Both the position numbers and the translations under genes were made by a program. A stretch of DNA of 64,000 nt from an uncultured euryarchaeote (GTDB lineage Archaea; Thermoplasmatota; Poseidoniia; Poseidoniales; Poseidoniaceae). A model generated the notes under the pieces. It was not told where the DNA came from. It did no database searches and saw only the letters and a program-made list of their open reading frames with translations. Every line of letters starts with the position of its first letter. The stretch's first letter is position 1. Positions 27,210 to 37,430 of the stretch are shown here, piece by piece. The stretch lies in the NCBI GenBank assembly GCA_963981035.1, contig CAXCCF010000002.1:15578-79577 (forward strand). The letters run 5' to 3'.

Positions 27210-29723
27210 GTGACTGTTATGACAGATGGCAATGAAGTTGATTCGGTTCAAAATAATAATGCTCAAACAGATGAAAATGTGGATGATTACGAATTGGCTT
27301 CAATGGCTGCTGCTCTGGAGTCGGCGGGTCTAGGAAGCATGTTGGAAGAAATTCCAGTTGCTGTAGAAGTTGAAGAAAATGTTGGCCAAGTCCAGTCAGA
27401 TGAAATAATTGATACTAGTACGACAATGGCGGCTGATGTTTTTCCAGAATTAGATGATATTGATGATAATGAAGAGATGGTTCGCGGTTTGATTACTGTG
27501 GGTGAAGAGCGTTCAAGAAAAAACGATGCAAAAGGTGCGCTTGCTGCGTTTAACAAGGCAATTGCACTTGACCCATCTTGTGACATGGCATGGTTTAACC
27601 GAGGAGTATTATTAGAAGCGCAAAAAGATGCGCGAGGTGCTAAGCAATCATTCCAAATATGTATTGATCTAAATCCAGACCACGCACCTGCTACAGCAAA
27701 TCTAGCCAGTATTTTGGAGCGAATGGGTGAATTGATTCCAGCATATGATATGGCCATGAAAGGGCTTGTATTTTATCCAGGTCATCCTGCCCTAGTAGAT
27801 ATTACAAAGCGATGTAAGAGTGCAGAAGCAAATATTCCAGTAACAGATATTCCTCGTATTGTGGCATCACCTAATTCCTATGAAGAAGCAACTGTGGTTG
27901 CAGTAATGGATGATGTTGGAGTTGCTGATATGGAAGCCGTACTTCAAGAGGCAGTTTATCACGACCACGATGGTGATTCCCACCTAGACTATTCTGAATT
28001 GAAATCTGCCGCATCCGTTGTGGCGGCAACAGAAGAAGTAATTGTCAGATTAGAGGCTAATCCAGTTGCCACTCCACAACCCGTTGAAGTGATTGCTGAT
28101 ACTGTACAAGAAGTGGTTGAAGAAGAAATAGTACATTCGCAAGAAGTTGAAGAAGTAGTTGAGCAACCTGTAATAGATATTGATTCACTCGTTGAAGAAG
28201 CAACAGAACTAATCCGCTCAGGAGATGCGGCGGGCGGACTATCAATATTGAAACCACATCTAAAGACAACTGCAGCAGAAAATGCAGATGCTTGGAGAGT
28301 TGCAGGTGGAGCAATGGCTAGACTTGAATTAGATTCGCATGCGATTGCTGCGATTACTCATGCACAATCACTTGACCCTTCAAATTCAAGTGGCTGGTTT
28401 AATCTAGGCTCAATTCATCAACGTGGAGAAAACTTTTCCGAGGCTAAATCATGCTATCAAAAGGCACTTGAAATCCAACCAGATTACCATAAAGCAGCAA
28501 TAAAACTCAGTGATTTATCAAAACAGTTGAGTGATGTTGAAACATATTTGATGGCAACACGCATCGTCGCAAAAATTGACTCAAATGATGAAAGAGTGGC
28601 CGAGATGGCTGAAATATTAATCGAAATTGCTGAAGGTGAAGCAAATGTACTTGATTCCACACAAGGTTTACCTCCAACCCTACCAGTAGGACCAGAACTT
28701 GCTCAAGAGGCTCTTGGAATTATTGGAGATGGGACTTCATCTCTACATGCTAGAGCATACACAGCAATTTCAGACCATCACAAGTCCGTTACTACCTGGA
28801 AATCACTAATCCAAGAAGATGGTGATAATGCTGCTAACTGGAGAGGTTTAGCTCGCTCACTAGAAGAGGCTGGTGATCTTGCAACCGCACAGAAATGCCA
28901 TTCCAAAGCTAATGAAATAGAAAATGGTCCAGCGCCTTCAGTAGTCGTACAAGAGCCTGTGGCAATGGAGCAAACTGAAACCGTTGTTGAAGAAAATCAG
29001 CAGGAAATTGAACCCCTCGGCCAGCCATTAACTCCTGTTCCTCAGCCTGAAGAACAATTGGAAGCAATCGTTGAGTCTCCTTCAGATATTTTACTCGCCC
29101 CAGTCACTCCGAACATTGCTGATGCCCCTGCTAAAGTTGAAGAAAATCAACAAGCGAATGATTTGCTGATGGCTCCAATTGAGCCAAGGCCTGCTAACAA
29201 TATAATAGATGAAAACCCCGCTGTTGATTTAGCAAAAGCTGCATTAGATGCTACACATGCAGCATCTCTAAATGTAGTTGGAGAAACTATGTCTAAATCT
29301 GTCGCTAATCAGGATATTGCATGGTATAATAAAGGTGTTCAATTAATTGAAGATGGAAAGTACAAGGAAGCATTGACATGCTTTGACAGAGCGCTGCCAT
29401 CTTTCAAAGATGATGATGAAATGGTAATTAGGATTCTTAACGGTCGTGGAAACTCATACTATTACATGGAAGAATATCCACGATGTGTAGAAGCATACCA
29501 TCAAGCAATGCTTATTCGTCCAAAAGAAGTAAGGGGCCAGACATTGTACAATATGGGAACAGCATATGCTGAAATGGAAAGATTCCCTGATGCAATCAAG
29601 TGTTTTGAGCAATCAATTCCTCGTGGTTTGTCAACCGCAGAAGCGAAAAGAGCCAAAGATCAGATTCGACGCTGCACTATTTTAAACAAAGAACGCCAAA
29701 AGAAAATAAGGAAAAAATCGTGA
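27210..29723 (+). CDS. Tetratricopeptide-repeat protein
   Basis: Several TPR clusters (AWFNRGVLL, GWFNLG, AWYNKG, TLYNMG) separated by acidic/Pro linkers. Confidence 0.88.
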   Translation: MTVMTDGNEVDSVQNNNAQTDENVDDYELASMAAALESAGLGSMLEEIPVAVEVEENVGQVQSDEIIDTSTTMAADVFPELDDIDDNEEMVRGLITVGEERSRKNDAKGALAAFNKAIALDPSCDMAWFNRGVLLEAQKDARGAKQSFQICIDLNPDHAPATANLASILERMGELIPAYDMAMKGLVFYPGHPALVDITKRCKSAEANIPVTDIPRIVASPNSYEEATVVAVMDDVGVADMEAVLQEAVYHDHDGDSHLDYSELKSAASVVAATEEVIVRLEANPVATPQPVEVIADTVQEVVEEEIVHSQEVEEVVEQPVIDIDSLVEEATELIRSGDAAGGLSILKPHLKTTAAENADAWRVAGGAMARLELDSHAIAAITHAQSLDPSNSSGWFNLGSIHQRGENFSEAKSCYQKALEIQPDYHKAAIKLSDLSKQLSDVETYLMATRIVAKIDSNDERVAEMAEILIEIAEGEANVLDSTQGLPPTLPVGPELAQEALGIIGDGTSSLHARAYTAISDHHKSVTTWKSLIQEDGDNAANWRGLARSLEEAGDLATAQKCHSKANEIENGPAPSVVVQEPVAMEQTETVVEENQQEIEPLGQPLTPVPQPEEQLEAIVESPSDILLAPVTPNIADAPAKVEENQQANDLLMAPIEPRPANNIIDENPAVDLAKAALDATHAASLNVVGETMSKSVANQDIAWYNKGVQLIEDGKYKEALTCFDRALPSFKDDDEMVIRILNGRGNSYYYMEEYPRCVEAYHQAMLIRPKEVRGQTLYNMGTAYAEMERFPDAIKCFEQSIPRGLSTAEAKRAKDQIRRCTILNKERQKKIRKKS

Positions 29724-29771
29724 TTTGTTCGCGTGAATGGGTTGAAAAACTAAGAGCGCTGGACAAGTAAC

Positions 29772-31142
29772 ATGTCCGGAGATGATATGACCTCAATTAT
29801 GCTGCGCCTAGAGGAATCAGGCCTCGAGTTAAAACAGGCACAAATTGTCGTTGATTTGGCCGCCAATCCCCCTTCTAAAGCTAGCGAGGTTGGAAAAAGA
29901 ATTGGATTATCGCGAATGGATGCATACAATTCGCTTCGTAAATTACAGGAGCAGGGATTGATTAGAGCAACATTAGACAAGCCGATGAGATTTGCTGGTA
30001 ATACTATCAGTGAAGTGTTCAAGTTGCTTATCCACAAACAAAAAATCGATTTGCAACGCATGGAAGAACATCTCGAAGAATTGACTACAGGACCTGCAAT
30101 GGCATTAATGTCTATTGAAAATCATGTTAATGAAGCGACATTCTCTGTCATTAAAGACAGGCACCAAATCATGGCTACTTTCGAATCACTTCTTGCAGAA
30201 GCGGAGTCAAAAGTGTGGCTATTACTCGGAAGATGGGGCATATTACACTTCTTGCGAATCGGTGGAAAAAAAGTATTAGATGATGCTATTGAACGTGGTG
30301 TTGAAATAAATATTGTAGCTTGTGTAGACAAGAAGACTGTTAGATATTTTGATGATTTATCTCCACTAATCGAAGTTAGGCACCATGAACAATTATCATT
30401 GCAAGGAGCATTTATTGATGATGAATTTGGAATTCAATTTGTATATAGCGAAGATAACCCAACTGGGCGGGGTAAGGAAGACACTGCCCTATTAATCGAA
30501 AGTTCTGAATTCTTGAAGGCTCAAAATGAATTATTACAAATTCAATGGGCTGCTGCCTCTTCATACTCTGTTGCACGAGCGAGAATCATTGATGGAGAAA
30601 TTACTGAACCATTGCAGTATTCACTTGGAGAAGGTTCATTTTACGCGAAATTAAAGGCTAATTTGGCCAACGGAATAAAAAATAATATCAATTCCGGTAA
30701 TGTTTCTAAACTAAAAAATACTGGCCAAGAACCAATAAATCCGGATAATGTAGAAGCACAAGCATTGTCTATGCTAGGAATTGATGTTGGGGATTTACTC
30801 CATTCAGTAGGCAAGAGAATTGGTCGTGAAATTGCAATGAAAATCAATGATACAGAAGATGATAACGAGTTTTGGGATCGATTAGCAACTCAATGGGAAA
30901 GTATGGGAATGGGCAAATTAATTATTTCAGACGATGAAGCATCAAAGATAACTGTTCGCAATGGTAATTCCTGTAGCGGCAATCCTCAAGAGAATGGAAT
31001 ATTTTGTCTCCTAGATGAAGGAATTCTTGCAGGAATTATGCAAGAAAGGCATGGAATTAATGTAATATCCAATAATAGAGTCTGTTCAGACTGTTCCAAC
31101 AAAGATTGTTACTATGAAATTGAGTCAAATATTACTCAATAG
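29772..31142 (+). CDS. TrmB-family transcription regulator with C-terminal V4R-like domain
   Basis: N-terminal HTH (KASEVGKRIGLSRMDAYNSLRKL...GLI...KP.RF), TrmB effector-like middle, GMGKL...C...GILAG...C...C end. Confidence 0.75.
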   Translation: MSGDDMTSIMLRLEESGLELKQAQIVVDLAANPPSKASEVGKRIGLSRMDAYNSLRKLQEQGLIRATLDKPMRFAGNTISEVFKLLIHKQKIDLQRMEEHLEELTTGPAMALMSIENHVNEATFSVIKDRHQIMATFESLLAEAESKVWLLLGRWGILHFLRIGGKKVLDDAIERGVEINIVACVDKKTVRYFDDLSPLIEVRHHEQLSLQGAFIDDEFGIQFVYSEDNPTGRGKEDTALLIESSEFLKAQNELLQIQWAAASSYSVARARIIDGEITEPLQYSLGEGSFYAKLKANLANGIKNNINSGNVSKLKNTGQEPINPDNVEAQALSMLGIDVGDLLHSVGKRIGREIAMKINDTEDDNEFWDRLATQWESMGMGKLIISDDEASKITVRNGNSCSGNPQENGIFCLLDEGILAGIMQERHGINVISNNRVCSDCSNKDCYYEIESNITQ

Positions 31143-31192
31143 TATAGTTTTTCAAAGCGCAGGTTCATAGCGATGAGGGGGTAGGCACCGAC

Positions 31193-31573
31193 ATGGATTG
31201 CGGAACTTGTGAAACTGCTGGCCCTGTTCAAGTGGTCAAACCTGAAGTTGTTGAAGTTAATTTAACAATATCATTGACCGCTAAAAATATGTTATCAGAT
31301 GCATTCGGAGATGACCGTTCTCATGCCTTGCTCGTTGGAGTATTGAGTGGTGGATGTTCTGGTTATATGTATGACCTGCAAATTGTTGAATCGACTGATG
31401 TTGATTGTCAAGAACTATCAGTTGATGGGTTTAGAGTTCTTGTTCCTAATGACTCTTCACATTTGTTGGATGGAATAGAAATTGATTATGTTGAAAAATT
31501 GATGGGTGGTGGATTCAAAATCAATAACCCAAACGCTGAATCATCTTGTGGCTGTGGTGAATCTTTCTCTTGA
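31193..31573 (+). CDS. A-type Fe-S carrier (HesB/IscA/SufA family)
   Basis: GGCSGY.Y, IDY...GGGFKINNPNA.SSCGCGESF. Confidence 0.93.
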   Translation: MDCGTCETAGPVQVVKPEVVEVNLTISLTAKNMLSDAFGDDRSHALLVGVLSGGCSGYMYDLQIVESTDVDCQELSVDGFRVLVPNDSSHLLDGIEIDYVEKLMGGGFKINNPNAESSCGCGESFS

Positions 31574-31583
31574 GGTGTTTTGA

Positions 31584-32291
31584 TTGCCCATTGTGGCCCT
31601 ATTAGATTCCTCATTAACACTATGGAGAGGTAAGGATGTCCTGCCATTTATTGATGGATTATCCACGAACAAAGTAACCGAGTTAAAGAAAGGCCAAATA
31701 ATTCGCACAATATTCACTGAGTCAAATGCAAAAATAATTGACTGCATAACATTGTTCCACATGGGTGAATTTATTGTTGCAGCAGGTCATCTGCCACACC
31801 TTGATAATTTGATCAATCATACCCACAAAAAAATACTGGGACAAGATGTTTCAATAACTGACATCACATCTAGAAATGATATTTTTGCTGAATTCAATTG
31901 TACTAATGAGCAAGAGATTATCGGCACTTTTTCATCACATGGTGAAATTACACGAGCAAATATTTCCGCTAATTTTTCCTTGATAATTGCTAGCAAAGGC
32001 AATGGGCCAGAAAATCTTGCAACTTTTGAGCAGTTCAATCAATGGAGAATTGCAAACAAAATTCCATGGCATGGATATGAGATAAGCAATTCATTTCATC
32101 CATTTTCTTGTGGACTTGAGGAATTAGTCCACCAGAATAAGGGGTGCTATATTGGACAAGAAATACTCACGCGAATGCGCACTCGAAAACGTCAAGGAAA
32201 AATACTCATACAAGTTGATACACTTACATGTAATCCAGCTAATATTACAACAATGGGTGAAACCCAATCGCTAGCAATAATTCGTACTTGA
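31584..32291 (+). CDS. ygfZ: YgfZ/IBA57-like folate-binding Fe-S maturation protein
   Basis: GKD...FIDGLSTN and KGCYIGQE signature; SD GAGGTG before TTG. Confidence 0.8.
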   Translation: MPIVALLDSSLTLWRGKDVLPFIDGLSTNKVTELKKGQIIRTIFTESNAKIIDCITLFHMGEFIVAAGHLPHLDNLINHTHKKILGQDVSITDITSRNDIFAEFNCTNEQEIIGTFSSHGEITRANISANFSLIIASKGNGPENLATFEQFNQWRIANKIPWHGYEISNSFHPFSCGLEELVHQNKGCYIGQEILTRMRTRKRQGKILIQVDTLTCNPANITTMGETQSLAIIRT

Positions 32292-32292
32292 A

Positions 32293-33231
32293 TCAATATC
32301 CGAGAATGTCTACGAGTTGACTCTTGTAAAAATTAGCGGAGCCATGTAATGATTCTAACTCAGATTCTGTCAATTCTAATTCAAAGATTTTCTCAACACC
32401 ATTAGCACCAATAATACATGGAACTCCAATGTAGATATTTTCCAATCCATATTCACCTGAAAGATGGCAAGATGCTGGAATGACTCTTCTGCGATCGTTT
32501 AGCACTGACTCTGCCATTATTGCAGCTGCTGAACCTGGTGCATAAAATGCAGAACCTCGTTCTAACAATTTGACGATTTCTCCGCCACCCTTTGCAGTTC
32601 TTTCGCTGATTGCATCAATTCTTTCTTCACTGATTAACTGAGTGATTGGAATTCCTCCAACCGTAGTATATCTTGCAAGAGGAACCATTGTGTCACCATG
32701 TCCACCAAGAACCATTGGAGAAACATCTTCCTCTGCACAACCAAGTTCAAGTGCAATAAAATGAGCCATTCTTGCACTATCGAGAACTCCTGCTTGTCCA
32801 ATGACGCGCTCGGTAGGGAATCCAGTGACTTGCTGCATATGGTATGTCATCAAATCAAGGGGATTAGTAATCATGATGATTACTGCATTCGGTGCGTGTT
32901 CTCGAATACCAGTTCCAACTTGCTTAACGATGTCTGCATTTTTACCAATCAAATCCTCTCTGGTCATTCCTGGTTGTCTTGGAAATCCTGATGTAACAAC
33001 GATAACTTCTGAGTCTGCAATATCTGCGTAATCTGCAGTACCAGTAATTGTTCCATCGTAATTCAAGATGTTTGAATTTTGACTCATGTCAAGTGCCTTT
33101 CCTTTTGCAAATCCTTCATAGATATCTAGCAAAACAATGTCTGCTACTTTCATTTGTGCTAGTACGAATGCACATGTTGCACCCACATTTCCTGCTCCAA
33201 TAACTGCGATTTTTCTTCGTCCATTAGCCAT
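32293..33231 (-). CDS. mdh: Malate dehydrogenase (LDH-like)
   Basis: GAGNVG, GKALD, PRQPGMTREDL, NPLD, LDSAR, GGHGD. Confidence 0.93.
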   Translation of the reverse strand: MANGRRKIAVIGAGNVGATCAFVLAQMKVADIVLLDIYEGFAKGKALDMSQNSNILNYDGTITGTADYADIADSEVIVVTSGFPRQPGMTREDLIGKNADIVKQVGTGIREHAPNAVIIMITNPLDLMTYHMQQVTGFPTERVIGQAGVLDSARMAHFIALELGCAEEDVSPMVLGGHGDTMVPLARYTTVGGIPITQLISEERIDAISERTAKGGGEIVKLLERGSAFYAPGSAAAIMAESVLNDRRRVIPASCHLSGEYGLENIYIGVPCIIGANGVEKIFELELTESELESLHGSANFYKSQLVDILGY

Positions 33232-33458
33232 AGTGAATCACTTGCCCATTCTTGCCCAAACATCGGCCCTCCATAAGTATGATTGTCAATAATTATCACA
33301 ATTAGTTTTGGGAAAATGACAAAATAAAATGGGCCGATTTTTGAACATCTCAAATGGTGTAATTATTCATCTAAAGCGCTTTATCTAAAAACCCCCTACT
33401 GCTCGCCTCAAATATCCTGAATACAACTTATGCGGGATTCGACATTATTGGTGATATC

Positions 33459-34622
33459 ATGAAACTTGGAGTACCTATGGAACCTGAAGGTGAAACACGC
33501 GTTGGAATTGTCCCTGGTAGTGTTAAAAAATTGTTGAAAGCTGGGTTCGAGATCCTTATTGAAAAGGGCGCTGGAGATTCAGCCAATTATCTAGATTCGG
33601 AATATGAAAATGCTGGTGCAACTATTTCTACCCGTGCTGAAGTAATGGCATGCCAAAATATTGTTTGCATCAGATTTCCAGGAGTAGATGGAATCTCAAA
33701 GGGTGCAAATCTAACTTGTGTTTCAGATCCTTTTAGAAGCCCTGAAAATGTCAAGGAATGTTTGTCTGCTGGAATTACATTGCTTTCAATGGATATGATT
33801 CCTCGCCGTCTTTCACGTGCACAATCAATGGACGTTAACTCCAGTCAAGATAACCTTGCAGGGTACAAGGCGGTACTTCTTGGTGCTGCAAATACCCCTC
33901 GCGGAATACCGATGATGACCACGTCTGCTGGAACTGTGCGTCCTGCAAAGGTGGTAATTATGGGAAGTGGCGTTGCTGGACTTCAAGCAATCGCTACTGC
34001 CAAGCGTCTTGGTGCAGTTGTATACGCATCGGATGTAAGAAAGTCTGCTGCTGAGCAAATAGAATCTGTTGGTGGACGATTCATCGAAGTAGATGGAATG
34101 GATGACTTTGAAGATGAATCCGGTTATGCAAAACCATTGACTGGAGAATTTATTCAAAAGGTAAACGATACAGTTTGTGGTGTTGCATCCGATGCTGATA
34201 TCATTGTTACAACCGCAAGGATATTCGGAAGACCCGCACCAATTACAGTTCCTTCAAGCGCAGTTGCAAATTTCAAATCCGGAGCAGTTGTTGTTGACAT
34301 GAATGCTGATGTTGGTGGAAACTGTGAAGATACTGTTGCTGGAGAGGTTACCACCACTAGTAATGGTGTAATTATCGTAGGAACTTCTAATCTGCCTGGT
34401 ACTTTAGCAAATACAGCAAGCATGTTGTATTCAAACAATCTCACTACTTTCATGACCTCTTTGGTCAAGGAAGGAGAAGTCGTCATAAGCGATGATGATG
34501 ATGTTCTGGTCGGAGCCCCTGAAGGTTCTGACTTCCACATCGGTGGCATGGGTGGCGTCCTTATTTGCAAAGATGGTGAAATCCACCATAAGCAATCACG
34601 CTTAGCAGGGGTGGTTCAATGA
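33459..34622 (+). CDS. pntA: NAD(P) transhydrogenase alpha subunit part 1 (dI)
   Basis: GETRV, RAQSMD..SSQ.NLAGYKAV, GSGVAGLQAIATAKRLGA, GGNCE. Confidence 0.93.
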   Translation: MKLGVPMEPEGETRVGIVPGSVKKLLKAGFEILIEKGAGDSANYLDSEYENAGATISTRAEVMACQNIVCIRFPGVDGISKGANLTCVSDPFRSPENVKECLSAGITLLSMDMIPRRLSRAQSMDVNSSQDNLAGYKAVLLGAANTPRGIPMMTTSAGTVRPAKVVIMGSGVAGLQAIATAKRLGAVVYASDVRKSAAEQIESVGGRFIEVDGMDDFEDESGYAKPLTGEFIQKVNDTVCGVASDADIIVTTARIFGRPAPITVPSSAVANFKSGAVVVDMNADVGGNCEDTVAGEVTTTSNGVIIVGTSNLPGTLANTASMLYSNNLTTFMTSLVKEGEVVISDDDDVLVGAPEGSDFHIGGMGGVLICKDGEIHHKQSRLAGVVQ

Positions 34623-34930
34623 GTCCAGAATTATTAATCGGTAGCATCACATTATTCGTACTAGCAATTTTCCTTGGTGTCGAATTGATTACCAAAGTTC
34701 CTGCAACCTTACACACACCTCTAATGAGCGGTGCAAATGCAATTTCTGGAATCAGTATTGTAGGCGCATTGATTGGAGCCAATGTAGCATATGCTGGTGG
34801 AGATACAGTGACTTCTGGAATTCTATCATTCGTAGCAGTAGTTCTCGCTATGATCAATGTAGTCGGTGGATTTGCAGTAACGAATCGTATGCTGAATATG
34901 ATTGCTGGAAAGAAGAAGAGAGGTGCTTAA
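34619..34930 (+). CDS. pntA: NAD(P) transhydrogenase alpha subunit part 2
   Basis: KVPATLHTPLMSGANAISG, NVVGGF.VT.RML.M. Confidence 0.93.
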   Translation: MSPELLIGSITLFVLAIFLGVELITKVPATLHTPLMSGANAISGISIVGALIGANVAYAGGDTVTSGILSFVAVVLAMINVVGGFAVTNRMLNMIAGKKKRGA

Positions 34931-34931
34931 A

Positions 34932-36368
34932 ATGTCTGCATTAATTGACTACATGAGCGATTGGATTTCAGTAGGATATCTATTATCCGCAGTTCTATTC
35001 ATTATGGGATTAAAGAAACTAGGTCACCCTAGAACTGCCCCTCGTGGCAATCAATTAGGCGCACTTGGTATGCTTGTTGCAGTAATTGTAACAGTAGCAA
35101 GTATGCAACTTGAGGGTGGGGCACAATGGACTCTAATAATTGCTGGAATGACTATCGGTTCGCTAATTGGATATTGGATGGCTGTTAAAGTTGAAATGAC
35201 TGGTATGCCTGAAATGGTCGCATTATTCAATGGATTTGGTGGTGCTGCAAGTGCATTGGTCGCACTATCTGAAACATGGAAATATATTGAAGGTGGCACT
35301 CTTCCTATAGGTCTTGAATTGACTGTAACAATGGTTGCTGCTGGACTTTCAGCATTGGTTGGATGGATGACATTAACAGGTTCTCTTTTGGCAATGTACA
35401 AACTGAAGGGTGGAGTCGAAATTTTCGGCAAGTGGATAAAGACACCTACTTGGGGACCTGTTTGGTTAAATCCGGTTAAAATTATTCTATTAATTGCAGT
35501 TGCTGTATTGATTGTTATGAGCGTTTCAGAGCCGACTAATACCGATTATCTGTGGGCAATTATTGCAATTTCATGTATACTTGGTATTATCTTAGTTCTA
35601 CCAATTGGTGGCGCTGATATGCCAGTAGTTGTTTCACTGCTAAACTCTTTATCAGGAATTGCTGCAGCATTTACAGGATTTATTTTCTCAAATTCAGTAT
35701 TGATAGTTGCTGGTTCACTTGTAGGTGCATCTGGAATTATTCTAACATTCATTATGTGCAAGGCAATGAATCGAAGATTGATTGATGTATTATTCAAGTC
35801 ATTTGGAGGCAGTGGTGAAAAAGCTGACCTGACTCGCACAAAGGTAGGTTCAGATGCTGATGAAGTGGCAATGATGGTCGATGGTGCACAAAAAGTAATC
35901 ATTGTACCAGGATATGGAATGGCTGTTTCACAATGTCAACATCAGGTAAAAGAATTCGCTGATTTAGTGGCTGAGAAATTTGATACTGAGGTCAAATATG
36001 CAATTCATCCAGTCGCTGGAAGAATGCCAGGTCACATGAATGTCTTACTTGCAGAAGCAAATGTTCCTTATGAGCAATTGATTGAGATGGATGAAATCAA
36101 TCCAGAGTTCCCTGATTGTGATATCGCATTGGTCATCGGTGCCAATGATACAACAAATCCGGCAGCGCGTAGTGGAGAAGGACCACTTGCTGGTATGCCA
36201 ATCATTGATGTTGATGGAGCAAGAACTGTGGTAATAATCAAGCGTTCACTGAGCGTTGGATATGCTGGTGTTGACAACGATTTATTCTACATGGACAAGA
36301 CCATGATGCTATTCGGCGATGGTAAGAAAATGATGACTGAATTGAATAATGCTGTCAAAGAGATTTGA
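34932..36368 (+). CDS. pntB: NAD(P) transhydrogenase beta subunit
   Basis: MPEMVALFNGFGG, IGGADMPVVVSLLNS, VPGYGMAV, HPVAGRMPGHMNVLLAEA. Confidence 0.95.
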   Translation: MSALIDYMSDWISVGYLLSAVLFIMGLKKLGHPRTAPRGNQLGALGMLVAVIVTVASMQLEGGAQWTLIIAGMTIGSLIGYWMAVKVEMTGMPEMVALFNGFGGAASALVALSETWKYIEGGTLPIGLELTVTMVAAGLSALVGWMTLTGSLLAMYKLKGGVEIFGKWIKTPTWGPVWLNPVKIILLIAVAVLIVMSVSEPTNTDYLWAIIAISCILGIILVLPIGGADMPVVVSLLNSLSGIAAAFTGFIFSNSVLIVAGSLVGASGIILTFIMCKAMNRRLIDVLFKSFGGSGEKADLTRTKVGSDADEVAMMVDGAQKVIIVPGYGMAVSQCQHQVKEFADLVAEKFDTEVKYAIHPVAGRMPGHMNVLLAEANVPYEQLIEMDEINPEFPDCDIALVIGANDTTNPAARSGEGPLAGMPIIDVDGARTVVIIKRSLSVGYAGVDNDLFYMDKTMMLFGDGKKMMTELNNAVKEI

Positions 36369-36422
36369 TTATCTCTAAAGAATTAGAAGTAATGTTCAAA
36401 GGGCGAGCACAGGTGGAGATGA

Positions 36423-37391
36423 ATGGGTGAGATTATGATATCACGTCGTGGTCGTTTACTAATCGTTTCTTTGATGGCTTTGTTATTCATTGCTCCTGCA
36501 CTTGGAATATCGTCTGGGCCACCATGGGAAAATGGTGGCAAGTTAGTTGTTGAAACTGGATGTTCTTGCCATGGTGGCGGTTCCCCTAGCAACAGTGTCG
36601 TAGTATCTATTTCTGGTGTTCCTCGTTCATATGATACTGGGCAAAGTTATGATTTCACCGTTTCATTACAAGACGCTAGCAACTCCGAAGGTGGTTTCAT
36701 GCTTTGGGATTACAATAGTGGAACTTTGACTCCAGGTGATGGATCTCAATCTGTTACTGAAGAGCCAGGCGCTGTCTCTCAATCTGCCCCAGGCAATGAT
36801 TGGATTGTCACTTGGACTGCACCTGCTGAAGACATCGGTTCTATTTCGTTCCAATTGGTAGGTAATGCGGTTAATGGCGATGGCAATTTTGATGAAGGTG
36901 ATCATTGGAATATTCTATCATTTTCTATTAGTTCCCCCAATACTACAACAAATGATGATGCTGATGGACTTGCATTGCGTACTCTTAGCGTAGGTGACTA
37001 TGAATCGTTATTCGTTGCTGAAGAAGATCCTGAAGCAATTGAAGCAGCACGCCAAGAGCATATTGCAGACCAATATTTCACTAATGGAAATATGTTCTAT
37101 TGGACAACACTTTCAATATTGTTGGTCGCAGCTGTTTTCCAAGGAGAATTCTACGAGAAGAAATTCTCAGGTGGCCCTCCTCATTTGGATATGAGTCTAG
37201 CTGTTCCTCAAGGAATCCGCCGTTCCATTGTTTCAGTAATATTGGTCGTAATATTTGCTTGGTCCATAAATACAGATCTAGAATTATTAGCTTCACTATT
37301 TTTCGGGATGTTGGCTCTTTGGTCTATTTTTGGCGTGTATAGAACAGTCGTCCAAGCCCGTGCTGAGAAGAAATACACAGACCTCATTTGA
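36423..37391 (+). CDS. Secreted Reeler/choice-of-anchor-V-like domain protein with C-terminal TM helices
   Basis: Signal peptide, GCSCHGG, GVP..Y..GQ.Y, WTAP, GNAVNGDG; three TM helices. Confidence 0.65.
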   Translation: MGEIMISRRGRLLIVSLMALLFIAPALGISSGPPWENGGKLVVETGCSCHGGGSPSNSVVVSISGVPRSYDTGQSYDFTVSLQDASNSEGGFMLWDYNSGTLTPGDGSQSVTEEPGAVSQSAPGNDWIVTWTAPAEDIGSISFQLVGNAVNGDGNFDEGDHWNILSFSISSPNTTTNDDADGLALRTLSVGDYESLFVAEEDPEAIEAARQEHIADQYFTNGNMFYWTTLSILLVAAVFQGEFYEKKFSGGPPHLDMSLAVPQGIRRSIVSVILVVIFAWSINTDLELLASLFFGMLALWSIFGVYRTVVQARAEKKYTDLI

Positions 37392-37430
37392 GGCATTCAC
37401 ATTCCATTGCCAATGGTTTGAGGTAATTTC

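Noticed and set aside
33283..33301. Rex-like box TTGTCAATAATTATCACAA between mdh and pntA
   Set aside because: Wrong spacing and mismatches against TTGTGAA-N4-TTCACAA; easily arises by chance in AT-rich DNA
36558..36575. Heme c attachment motif in the Reeler-like protein
   Set aside because: The motif is CxCH, not CxxCH, so covalent heme binding cannot be supported
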